From an uncultured Gemmatimonadaceae bacterium (GTDB lineage: Bacteria > Gemmatimonadota > Gemmatimonadetes > Gemmatimonadales > Gemmatimonadaceae), in assembly GCA_963728785.1 (NCBI GenBank), contig CAVSKV010000002.1, positions 627,195 through 691,194 on the forward strand: a DNA stretch of 64,000 nucleotides, in the 5' to 3' direction. The notes under the pieces are model-generated. The model saw only the letters and a list, made by a program, of their open reading frames with translations, did no database searches and had not been told where the DNA came from. Of the stretch, positions 51,828 to 60,940 are shown one piece after another. The first letter of the stretch is position 1. Every line of letters begins with the position of its first letter. The position numbers and the translations under genes are program-made.

Positions 51828-53813
51828 CTACCGCGCCTTCCAGGTGTTGTTCGTGCGGTCGACGTCGATCAGCCGCTGGTCCGGGTCAAGCTCGATCCTG
51901 ACCAGCGTCTTGCCCACGAACGCGTACTGCCGGATGAACACGACGCTGTTCATGTACCACGACTCCACCGGATAGTCGATGTCCTCAGCGGTACCGTCGG
52001 AGAAAGTGAACCGTGCGATGATCGGCAGCACGCCCCTGGCCAGATTGCCGTAGGCGACTGCAACCCGCTCGGTGTCGCCCACCGTGCGCGTGGCCACCGT
52101 GTCGATGGTCTGATCGAACTGGTCGTTGGTCTCGAAGAACTCGCGCCAGAACCAGTCGAGACGGCGGCCGCTGGCGTCTTCCATAGTGCGGAAGAAGTCG
52201 CTGGGCGTGGGATGCTTGTACGCCCATCGCTTGATGTACTCACGGAACCCGTCATCGAACGCGCTGTCCCCCAGCACCTCGCTTCGCAACAGGTGCAGCG
52301 CCATCGATGTCTTGGTGTACTGGTTCTCGCCGAGCAGTTCGGGATTGATCCGGTCCGGGCCGACGTCGATGGGTTGGTCGTACCCGGCCTTCATGTACCC
52401 TTCGACCTGCTGCCGCTCCTCGGCTTCACGCCGCGCTTCGTCGCCTTGCTGCGGATACCGCCGGGCCTCGGAAAAGGTATTGATGAAGGTGTTGAGCCCC
52501 TCGTCCATCCAGAAGTGCATCCGCTCGTTCGATCCGACGATCATCGGGAACCAGTTGTGCCCGATCTCGTGGGTGATGACGTTGTACAAATCGTAGACGT
52601 CGCGGCTCCGCGCCTCCATGGCAAGCATCGGGTACTCCATCCCGCTGATCGGCCCCTCGGCCACGGTGATCTGCGGGTACGGATACTGGAACCAGCGCGT
52701 GGAGTACTCCATGATCGACATGCGCGCCTGATCGGCCGCATCGGACCACGGATTCACAGCCGAAGGCCGATAGTACGACTGCGCGAGCACGCCATTCCAG
52801 CTCGACGCGTCCCAGATGTATTCGGGCGATGTAGCCCAGGCCACGTCGCGCACGTTCCTGGCCGCGAACGTCCAGGTGAGCGTACCCGTCTGCCTGGGGC
52901 GCGCCGCCCCGCTTTCCAACTCGGCCTGGGTCGCGATATGCACTGTGGTGTCGGACCTCGCGGCCCTCGCGAGGCGTGCGATCTCCGCAGAGGTCAGCAC
53001 CTCGGGGGCGTTCTGCAACATGCCGGTGGCGGCCACGATGTAGCCCGCCGGCACGGTCACCGAGAGCGAGAAGTCGCCGTACTCACAGTAGAATTCGCCC
53101 TGACCAAGATAGGGCTCGATGTTCCAGCCCTTCACGTCGTCGTACACGACCATGCGCGGATACCACTGCCCGAACTCGAACAGCGAGCCGTCGTAGCCCA
53201 TACGGTCGGCGCCGTGTTCCGGGATCGCGAAGTGCCAGGCGATCTCCAACGTGGTGCTCTTGCCCGGCGCGAGGGGTTCGGCGAGATCCGCCCGCATCAC
53301 CGTGGCGGCGACGCGCGTCGTGAGCGGCACGTTCTTCTTGCCGGGAATGACCTGCTCGAATCTGTCCACGACGTCACCGCCCCGGAAGCCACGCGCTCCG
53401 AAACGCGTGGTCGCCCCGTAGACATAGGAGTTCAGCGAACCATCCTTGAAGGCATTCTGCTCCACCTGAACCCACACGTAATCCAGGGCGACCGGCGAGT
53501 TGTTGGTGTACTTGATCCGCTCCGTGCCGCTCAGCACGCGGGTCGCAGTATCGAGCGTCGCGTGGATGTCGTAGTCGGCCCGATTCTGCCAGTAGCCCGG
53601 GCCGGGTGCGCCGGAGCCGAGGCGGAACGCGTTCGGGGTCGGCACTGTGAGGGGTGCGAAGATCGACGTGTCGCCGACGCCAATCGTGTCGAAGCGCTGC
53701 TGGGCCGCTGCCGGCGCGGCCATGGCGGCCAGCGCCCCGACGCCAATCAGGGATCTGAAAGAGGTGCGCACAGAAATCGTTACCAATGAAAGAAAGAGGA
53801 AGAGCCAAAGCAA
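51828..53813 (-). CDS. M1-family zinc metallopeptidase (aminopeptidase N-like), secreted
   Basis: 661 aa. Signal peptide and the gluzincin motif ITHEIGHNWF...WMDEGLNTF. Confidence 0.88.
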   Translation of the reverse strand: MLWLFLFLSLVTISVRTSFRSLIGVGALAAMAAPAAAQQRFDTIGVGDTSIFAPLTVPTPNAFRLGSGAPGPGYWQNRADYDIHATLDTATRVLSGTERIKYTNNSPVALDYVWVQVEQNAFKDGSLNSYVYGATTRFGARGFRGGDVVDRFEQVIPGKKNVPLTTRVAATVMRADLAEPLAPGKSTTLEIAWHFAIPEHGADRMGYDGSLFEFGQWYPRMVVYDDVKGWNIEPYLGQGEFYCEYGDFSLSVTVPAGYIVAATGMLQNAPEVLTSAEIARLARAARSDTTVHIATQAELESGAARPRQTGTLTWTFAARNVRDVAWATSPEYIWDASSWNGVLAQSYYRPSAVNPWSDAADQARMSIMEYSTRWFQYPYPQITVAEGPISGMEYPMLAMEARSRDVYDLYNVITHEIGHNWFPMIVGSNERMHFWMDEGLNTFINTFSEARRYPQQGDEARREAEERQQVEGYMKAGYDQPIDVGPDRINPELLGENQYTKTSMALHLLRSEVLGDSAFDDGFREYIKRWAYKHPTPSDFFRTMEDASGRRLDWFWREFFETNDQFDQTIDTVATRTVGDTERVAVAYGNLARGVLPIIARFTFSDGTAEDIDYPVESWYMNSVVFIRQYAFVGKTLVRIELDPDQRLIDVDRTNNTWKAR

Positions 53814-53912
53814 CTACTGAGCATACACGCACGGAGCCGTCGAGTGCCACGACATCGCTGGCGCGGGTTGCGTTCCCCGCTCGCGGCGCCGCCCGGGCCT
53901 GCCCTTCCCGAC

Positions 53913-55913
53913 TCAGGCATCCGGCGCCCGGCGGCCAGCCATTTCGTCCGCCGGGACATCCGGCCCGCGGCGCCGATACCAGTAGGCGATCCCCAGCAGG
54001 AACGCACTCGCCACAAGATACGACGCAATCCGCACACTGACCGACCTCACCGAATTCACCGCGCCCAGTGCACGCACCGCCGCGACGATGGCCAGCGCCA
54101 GCCCCACGTGGCGGAGGGCCCGCATGCCGCGCACCCGTCCCACGCCGACCGCAGCCACTGCCACGCTTGCTTCGAAGCTGACGAGCAACAGCGTGGCGAG
54201 CGACGGGCTCCAGGCCACGGCCAGTTCGTGATGCACCCAGATGAACGCCCATACCCACGGTGCGGCCCGGGCAACCGCCCGCACGACCGCGCCATCGTGC
54301 TCGGCTCGCACCGGGTCACCCGCCCGCGCGGCACGCAGCGCCGCTGCCCAGACGTCGGCCCACGACGCGACCACCACCAATGCCGCCAGCACCACGACCG
54401 CCACCAATGACTCCCGGGTGCCGAACGGCGTATAAACGAACGGCATCCGGCGCTCGATGAGCGCCCACGTATGGGCACCAGCCACCACGAGGGCGAGCGC
54501 AGCCATGTGGAGCCACGAGTAGCTCGGCCGTAACCGCAGCGCCGCCGCGAACGCGAGACCCAGTCCAACATCCGCCAACGGATATGCGATCGGCCATTGC
54601 CACGGCGCGAGATTGGCGGCGGCAAACGCGGTCGCCGCACAGGCGAACGCCAGCGCGTCGCGCGACGGTCCGACAGGGCGCCGCCACACGGCGAACGCCA
54701 GCACCAGCGCCGCGACCGCCGCCGCGCCGGCCGGCCACCACGGCGTTTGCGGGCCGGCGTAGGCGGCAGCCGCCTCGAATGCCAACGGGATCATTGCGCC
54801 GTCGATCCACGACGGTGCAAATTCCACATTCGCGCCTTCGCTCACCAGGCCAGCAGGGGGAGCATCGGCCGAACGGTCGGCCATCAGCAGCCACAGTGCG
54901 CCCGTTGCGCCCAAGGCCACCCCCGTCCACTTCGGGCCCAGCGGCGTAGCCTGCCAGCTCGCCCATCCCGCCGCGGCCGCCGCCATCACGCCCTCAGCGC
55001 GCAACCGCGGCCGGATGAGATCGCGCGACGTCATGGGCAGAATGCCGGCCAGCGCCACTGCGACTGGCAACGCGACGGCAAGCAGCCGTCCCCAGTCCAG
55101 CGCTGCTCCCGGTACAGCGAGCGCCACGGCATACAACACGACGATGGCGACGACGGTGCGCTCGGCGTAGCGCCAGCGGCGCGTGCGGATGCCGGCCGCA
55201 CCGGCAATGGCTGCCGTGGCGCCGTACGCCGCGAGTAGCATCAGGCTTCCCGCGCGCTCGCTGGTCACGAAGGGGGCGATCGCAACGCCCCCGATGCCGA
55301 TGCACCAGAGGGCCTGCTCGCGCTCGAGGAGGGCGAACGCGGCAAGCGCCATCGAGGCGACCGCGGCCAAGGCGAGCGCCTGGCTGACCGGTACCAGGTG
55401 AAGGCCGGGGCCCGCAGCCCAGGCGCACACGTGCACCACGGCCAGAGCGAGAGCGAGCAGCGCCGACCCAAACGACCGCTCACGGGCTCGCAGACGAAGC
55501 CCCGCGCCGGCCAGCGAAGCGGCGAGGATGAGCCCGAGCACGACCCGCGTCGTGGGGCCGAGCAGACCGCGGGCCGCCGCCCAGCTCACGAAGGTGCCCA
55601 CGGCGGCCAGCGTGGTGAGGGTACCCAACGCGAGCACGCCGTAGCGTCCCACCAGACTCTCGATGTCCGGCTGCGGACCGGCCGCCGCTGCGGCCGCGCG
55701 TCGGGTCGGCGGGGTCGTGACCGGCGCCGGGTCGGGCGGTTTGAGCGCAGTCGCCAACCCGGCGGCGGTCTTGCCGGGGGGAGTCGCTGCCGCGTAGGAA
55801 GCGGCAGTGCCCTCGAGGCGGGCCGAGAGTCTGGCTATTTCGCCGCGAAGCGCGGCGACCGTCGCTTCGAGGTCGCCGACGCGGGCGCGGAGGTCGTCAT
55901 CGGCCGCGGCCAC
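53913..55913 (-). CDS. Polytopic membrane protein, DUF2339-like (N-terminal coiled coil plus about 18 or more TM helices)
   Basis: 666 aa. N-terminus DDLRARVGDLEATVAALRGEIARLSARLE, followed by highly repetitive Ala/Leu-rich helices. Confidence 0.6.
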   Translation of the reverse strand: MAAADDDLRARVGDLEATVAALRGEIARLSARLEGTAASYAAATPPGKTAAGLATALKPPDPAPVTTPPTRRAAAAAAGPQPDIESLVGRYGVLALGTLTTLAAVGTFVSWAAARGLLGPTTRVVLGLILAASLAGAGLRLRARERSFGSALLALALAVVHVCAWAAGPGLHLVPVSQALALAAVASMALAAFALLEREQALWCIGIGGVAIAPFVTSERAGSLMLLAAYGATAAIAGAAGIRTRRWRYAERTVVAIVVLYAVALAVPGAALDWGRLLAVALPVAVALAGILPMTSRDLIRPRLRAEGVMAAAAAGWASWQATPLGPKWTGVALGATGALWLLMADRSADAPPAGLVSEGANVEFAPSWIDGAMIPLAFEAAAAYAGPQTPWWPAGAAAVAALVLAFAVWRRPVGPSRDALAFACAATAFAAANLAPWQWPIAYPLADVGLGLAFAAALRLRPSYSWLHMAALALVVAGAHTWALIERRMPFVYTPFGTRESLVAVVVLAALVVVASWADVWAAALRAARAGDPVRAEHDGAVVRAVARAAPWVWAFIWVHHELAVAWSPSLATLLLVSFEASVAVAAVGVGRVRGMRALRHVGLALAIVAAVRALGAVNSVRSVSVRIASYLVASAFLLGIAYWYRRRGPDVPADEMAGRRAPDA

Positions 55914-56451
55914 GGCCCACCTGGCTGTCGCTCAGCAACTGGCTGAGCCGCTTGCGCTGGTCATCGATCAGGCGCTGAGCGCGCTCGACGGTCTTGCCCG
56001 ACAGCATGGCCAGGGCCTCATTGGCTGCGGCATCGTTGTTCTTGGAGATGTCCGCGAACAGGTATTCCAGGCTCACCGGGCGCTGGCGGTTGCGGGTGCG
56101 GTCGTCTCGCGCCGCGTCGTCGGAGATCTCTCCCGGCTCGCTCGGGTTTGCAGCGAGCGAATCGACCTGCTGGAGGAGCCGCGCGTTGGCGGCGTCGAGA
56201 CGCGCCAGAATCCCGCCGAACTTGCCGATCAGGGTATCGGAAATGCCGATTTCCTTGCGGTGTTCGATGAGCGGCGAAATGGGATTGAGCCGCTCGACCG
56301 AATCGGAGGTGACGATGTGCGGCTTCTCCTTCGGGGGGCCTTCGTCCCCCCCACTTCTGCCGCCGCGCCCACCGCCGCCCTGGGCCCGGGCGGATACGGC
56401 GGAAGAGCATAGCAGGGCAACGACGGCGGCGTTGAGCAGGCGAAGCTTCAT
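55897..56451 (-). CDS. Periplasmic helical hypothetical protein with Arg/Gly-rich termini
   Basis: Start chosen at MKLRLLNAAVVALLCSSAVSARAQ (signal peptide). Then GGGGRGGRSGG, a helical core, and a C-terminal GRGRGR. It overlaps the downstream DUF2339-like gene start by 17 nt. Confidence 0.5.
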   Translation of the reverse strand: MKLRLLNAAVVALLCSSAVSARAQGGGGRGGRSGGDEGPPKEKPHIVTSDSVERLNPISPLIEHRKEIGISDTLIGKFGGILARLDAANARLLQQVDSLAANPSEPGEISDDAARDDRTRNRQRPVSLEYLFADISKNNDAAANEALAMLSGKTVERAQRLIDDQRKRLSQLLSDSQVGRGRGR

Positions 56452-56586
56452 CGGTCGGTTCCAGTAGAGGTCGGGGCGGCCGGCGGCAGGAGATCGGGCA
56501 AGCCTTGAAGCTAGGGCACGGCGGGAGGTGTTGACAGGCTCGCCGCCAGCCGCACACCAAACCCGGTTCCCGACGACGACGCCAAA

Positions 56587-56624
56587 GCAGGCGCCAATTG
56601 GGGTTGCCCCCAATTGGCGCCTGC
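56587..56624 (-). terminator. Perfect 17-bp hairpin downstream of the beta-eliminating lyase gene
   Basis: gcaggcgccaattgggg (56587-56603), loop ttgc, ccccaattggcgcctgc (56608-56624). On the minus strand it is followed by UUUGG. Confidence 0.65.
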
Positions 56625-56646
56625 CGGCACCGCTGTCAAGCGGGGG

Positions 56647-58083
56647 CTACGCGCCGGCCTCGGATGCCGCGCGCCGGGGCTCCGCGTCGCTGAAGATCCC
56701 CGCGGCCCCCACCGGTTCGAACCGCGCCTGGAAGAAACGCAGGAACTCGGGCTCGTACGTGAAGGCGAGCCCGGTGACGCGGTCCCGCTTCTCGAACACC
56801 GCAATCGTGCTCTCGGCCGTCACGTCCATGTGCGCCTGGGTGTATACCCGGCGAGGGATGGTCAGCCGCACGAGCTCCAGCTTGGGCGTGCGGTTGGCGC
56901 CGGTTTCCGGATCGCGGCCCGATGAGACCATGCCGCGCTCCATGGCGCGGATGCCCGATTCGACGTACAGGGCGGCCGCCAGGGCCTGCGCCGGAAACTG
57001 GTCGCGCGGGATGTGCGGCAGGATCGCCGCGGCGTCGAGGAACACGGCGTGGCCACCGATCGGTCGGACCACTGGAATGCCAGCTTCCATGAGCTTGTTC
57101 CCCAGGTAGAGCACCTGACCGATGCGGCTGCGGATATGGTCGTCCTGCACCGATTCCTCGATGCCGATGGCCATCGCTTCCATGTCGCGGCCGGCGAGGC
57201 CACCGTAGGTATGAAGTCCCTCGAACAGCACGACGAGGTTGCGCGCTTTCTCGGCCAGCTTGTCGTCGCGGAGGCCCAGCCAGCCCCCGATGTTGACGAG
57301 GCTGTCTTTCTTGCCCGACATCGTGGCGCCGTCCGAATAGCGACAGAGGTCGAGCAGGATCTCGGCCACCGTGCGGTCGCGCTGGCCCGGTTCACGCTGC
57401 TGGATGAACCAGGCGTTCTCGACGGCCCGCGTGGCGTCGAGGATGACGACGATCCCGTGCTTATGAGCAAACTCATACACCGCCTTCAGATTGGCGAGGC
57501 TGATCGGCTGTCCGCCGGCCATGTTGACGGTGGCCGCCACTGAGAGGTACGGCATGCGGCCGGCTCCGACCTCCTCGACGAGCGCCGCCAGCTTGGCGAG
57601 GTCCACGTCGCCCTTGAACGGGTGTTCGGAGCGCGGGTCGTGCGCCTCGGCGATGATCACGTCGTGGAACGTCGCGCCGGCCAGCTCCTGGTGGGCCCGC
57701 GTAGTGGTGAAGTACATGTTGCCGGCCACGTGGTCGCCAGGCTTGATGAGCACGCGCGACAGGATGTGTTCGGCCCCCCGCCCCTGGTGCGTGGGGATGA
57801 CATGTTCGTACCCGTAGTAGTCGCGCACCGCTCGCTCGAGATTGAAGAAGTTGCGCGAGCCGGCGTACGCTTCGTCACCCAGCATCATTCCCGCCCACTG
57901 GCGGTCCGACATGGCGCTCGTGCCCGAGTCGGTGAGCAGGTCGATGTAGACGTCTTCGGAACGGAGCAGGAACGTATTGTAGCCGGCGTCGCGGATGGCG
58001 TGTTCGCGTTGGCGGTGGTCGGTCATCTTGATGGGCTCGACGACCTTGATCTTCCAGGGTTCAGCCCAGCTGCGCGTAGTCAT
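56647..58083 (-). CDS. PLP-dependent beta-eliminating lyase, tyrosine phenol-lyase/tryptophanase family (Tpl-like)
   Basis: Start chosen at [78 protein letters not shown] (PLP lysine), and [13 protein letters not shown]. Confidence 0.9.
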   Translation of the reverse strand: [478 protein letters not shown]

Positions 58084-58262
58084 GATCAGTCCTCTGAACG
58101 GATGGGTGCCGGCCGCGCATCGACTGGGCGCGGGCACTGCCGGTAACTTCGACGGGGAATGCCTGGCCGTCAGTCAGGGAAAGTGAACGCGACCGTCCGG
58201 GAGGTCACCCAGGCCAGTGAACGCCCGCTAGCTTTGCGAAGAGATCAGAACGGGAGCGACTG

Positions 58263-59246
58263 ATGCGACACCGGAAACTCGCCCGCCTCGACGTATCCGC
58301 CATCGGACTCGGGTGCATGGGCATGAGCGACTTCTACGGACCGCGCGACGAGGCGGAATCCCTCGCCACGATCGACCGGGCGCTGGAATTGGGCATCACC
58401 TTCTTCGACACCGCCGATATGTACGGGTCGGGGGCGAATGAGGAGTTGCTCGGCCGTGCGCTCGGGTCCCGGCGACCCTCGGTGGTCGTCGCCACGAAGT
58501 TCGGCATCGTGCGCGATCCCGCCGACCCGAAGTACCGCGGATTCGACGCCTCGCCCACCTACTGCCAGCGAGCTTGTGACGCCAGCCTCAAACGGCTGAA
58601 CACAGAGTACATCGATTTGTACTATTTGCACCGCGTAGACAGCAAGACGCCGATCGAGGACACGGTGGGCGCCATGAAGCGGTTGGTCGAGGCCGGCAAG
58701 GTACGGTATCTCGGATTGTCGGAAGTGTCGGCCGACACTCTGAGGCGTGCGCACGCGGTGCATCCCATCACGGCGTTGCAGAGCGAGTACAGCCTGTGGA
58801 CCCGCGATCCCGAAGACGGCGTGCTCGCGGCGTGCCGTGCGTTGGGCGTGGGGTTCGTGCCGTACAGCCCTCTGGGACGCGGCTTCCTGAGCGGTGAGAT
58901 CAAGAGACCCGACGACTTCGCGGCCGACGACTTTCGGCGCATCCAGCCGCGCTTTCAGGGCGAGAACTTCCAGAAGAATCTGGCCCTCGTGGCACGGGTG
59001 CAGGACATGGCGAGGACCAGGGGATGCACGGCGGCGCAGCTGGCGCTGGCCTGGGTGCTGGCGCAGGGCGACGACATCGTGCCCATCCCGGGCACCAAGC
59101 GCGTGAAATATCTGGAGCAGAACGTGGCCGCGGTGGACCTCGTGCTGACGCCGTCCGATCTCGCGGCAATCGAAGGGGCCTTCCCCCGCGATGCAGTCGC
59201 GGGAGAACGGTATCAGACTACGGCCATGGCGGCGCTCGACCGCTGA
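58263..59246 (+). CDS. Aldo/keto reductase
   Basis: 327 aa. [30 protein letters not shown], and [13 protein letters not shown]. Confidence 0.92.
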   Translation: MRHRKLARLDVSAIGLGCMGMSDFYGPRDEAESLATIDRALELGITFFDTADMYGSGANEELLGRALGSRRPSVVVATKFGIVRDPADPKYRGFDASPTYCQRACDASLKRLNTEYIDLYYLHRVDSKTPIEDTVGAMKRLVEAGKVRYLGLSEVSADTLRRAHAVHPITALQSEYSLWTRDPEDGVLAACRALGVGFVPYSPLGRGFLSGEIKRPDDFAADDFRRIQPRFQGENFQKNLALVARVQDMARTRGCTAAQLALAWVLAQGDDIVPIPGTKRVKYLEQNVAAVDLVLTPSDLAAIEGAFPRDAVAGERYQTTAMAALDR

Positions 59247-59273
59247 GTGGCGCCGGGCCGGCACACCAGGCCG

Positions 59274-59753
59274 CTAGTCGAACTCGACGCGCGGCCCCGT
59301 TTGATCGGCGCCCACCCGGCCGGCAACGATATCCGCCTTGGCGAAGTTCTCGCCCCGCACCGCCGAGCCGGCCAGCCGGCGCAGCATGGCGAGCTGGCCG
59401 ACGTGGGCGAGTGAATCGGCAACCGGACCCTGGAACAGTTGCTCGGCGGGCCGGCCGAGGGGTTCGTCGCCCGCCAGGTACGCGTCGAACGCGGAGAGGG
59501 TGGAGAAGAACCGCGCCACTTCGCCTGCCCACGGGAGCGGAATGGAGTCGCGCCATGCCGGCTTCCCTCGCGCCATCGAGAGCGCCCAGTCGTACAGGTC
59601 ACCCGTGTGAGCAAGGATCTGCGCGGGCGTACGGGTGGACTCGCCGGCGCGGAAGAGGGCGAACTCCGGCGGCGCGCCGCGCACCGCCTTGGCGCCGCGG
59701 TAAGCGACCGTGGCCACCGCATGTCGCAGGAGCTCGCGCGCCGAAGCCGTCAC
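59274..59753 (-). CDS. DinB-family (four-helix bundle) protein
   Basis: GTG at 59753 overlaps the upstream stop (GTGA). The sequence contains TPAQILAHTGDLYDW and ADSLAHVGQLAMLRR, which supply the His pattern. The N-terminal half of the track ORF is implausible. Confidence 0.6.
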   Translation of the reverse strand: MTASARELLRHAVATVAYRGAKAVRGAPPEFALFRAGESTRTPAQILAHTGDLYDWALSMARGKPAWRDSIPLPWAGEVARFFSTLSAFDAYLAGDEPLGRPAEQLFQGPVADSLAHVGQLAMLRRLAGSAVRGENFAKADIVAGRVGADQTGPRVEFD

Positions 59754-60805
59754 GCGTCCGTCCCGCGCCGCCCGTGGACCGCCCTGGCAAAAGCGGCCGC
59801 GTCGTCGAGGGTCAGGGTGATCGTCTTCACCGGTCTGGTCCGTCCGTACGCGCCTACGGCAAGGAGCGGCGTACCGAGGTCGATCCGCACGGTCGGCGGA
59901 GCAGCTCCCCCCACCCGGAGGTACTGCGGTGCGCGGCGCGCGGGGGCCGCCACGCGTCCGGTGTCCATGTGCTCGACGGCGGCGAACGGCACGTCCAGAG
60001 TCCACTGAAGGCCGCTCCGTACCACGACGCCGTGCGCGGTCACGAGCACGGGGCGCAGCACCGTGGCGCGGAGGAAGCCGACCAGCCAGATCACGCCGAA
60101 CGCGCTCAGCGCCGAGAGAATCCACGCCGCCCGAGGACTGAACGCGTGGACGACGAGGTGCACTACAAAGAGTTCGACGACGCACACCCCGATCGCGGCG
60201 GAGTAGAGCGCGACGAGTCCCGTCTTCCTGTGGAACGAGAACCCTTGTGATCCGGCGGGCACGTGCGGTGGGCGCCGCCACGAAGCCAGGGCGTAGAAGC
60301 CGATGGTGAATTCGGTAGCGAGCATGTGGGCCACCACGCGATAGGGAAACGCGTTGACGAGCGCCGCGGCGATCCGTTCCGGTACATCGGCGTTCGCCGC
60401 AGCGCCGCGGAAGCCGTGGGCGGCGCGCCGTACCTTCACGGCCACGTATGCGACGAGCGCCAGTTCGGCCGGCGCAACCAGGAAGCGCGCGTACAGCAGA
60501 AATTCCCGCTGGTCCGGGCGTAGCACCAGGCGCGCGCCCAGGAGGCTCAACATGAACACCGCGGTCACACGCGCCGCCGACGCACCCACCGGCCGGATCA
60601 CGAGCAGCCAGTACAGCGTGGGAACGAACAGCGTGAGGTCGAGCGTCATGGCGAGCGCGATGATGCTCCGCGACCCGGTCTGCGGCAGCCGCGCAACGAC
60701 GAACTCAAGGGCGTAGATAGCCACGGCCAGCGATGCGAACGCCAGGGGGAACCCACGCTCCCTGGCCGGGGACCGACGGGACGACGGCGTCGGATTCGGC
60801 ATCAA
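59750..60805 (-). CDS. Hypothetical polytopic membrane protein with soluble C-terminal domain
   Basis: 351 aa. About 7 hydrophobic helices followed by a ~100-aa beta-rich tail. No motif recognised. Confidence 0.5.
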   Translation of the reverse strand: MMPNPTPSSRRSPARERGFPLAFASLAVAIYALEFVVARLPQTGSRSIIALAMTLDLTLFVPTLYWLLVIRPVGASAARVTAVFMLSLLGARLVLRPDQREFLLYARFLVAPAELALVAYVAVKVRRAAHGFRGAAANADVPERIAAALVNAFPYRVVAHMLATEFTIGFYALASWRRPPHVPAGSQGFSFHRKTGLVALYSAAIGVCVVELFVVHLVVHAFSPRAAWILSALSAFGVIWLVGFLRATVLRPVLVTAHGVVVRSGLQWTLDVPFAAVEHMDTGRVAAPARRAPQYLRVGGAAPPTVRIDLGTPLLAVGAYGRTRPVKTITLTLDDAAAFARAVHGRRGTDA

Positions 60806-60940
60806 CGGGACTCGCGCGTGGAGGTCACGCGTGAAAGCTAGCGCGGCCGGGGCCGCCGGGAGAAGCCCGTGCCGGGGCGCCCCTCCTTACGATCCGCGCC
60901 GAGGCGCGTATGTTGAGCCGGACCTTCACTTCACTCCGAA

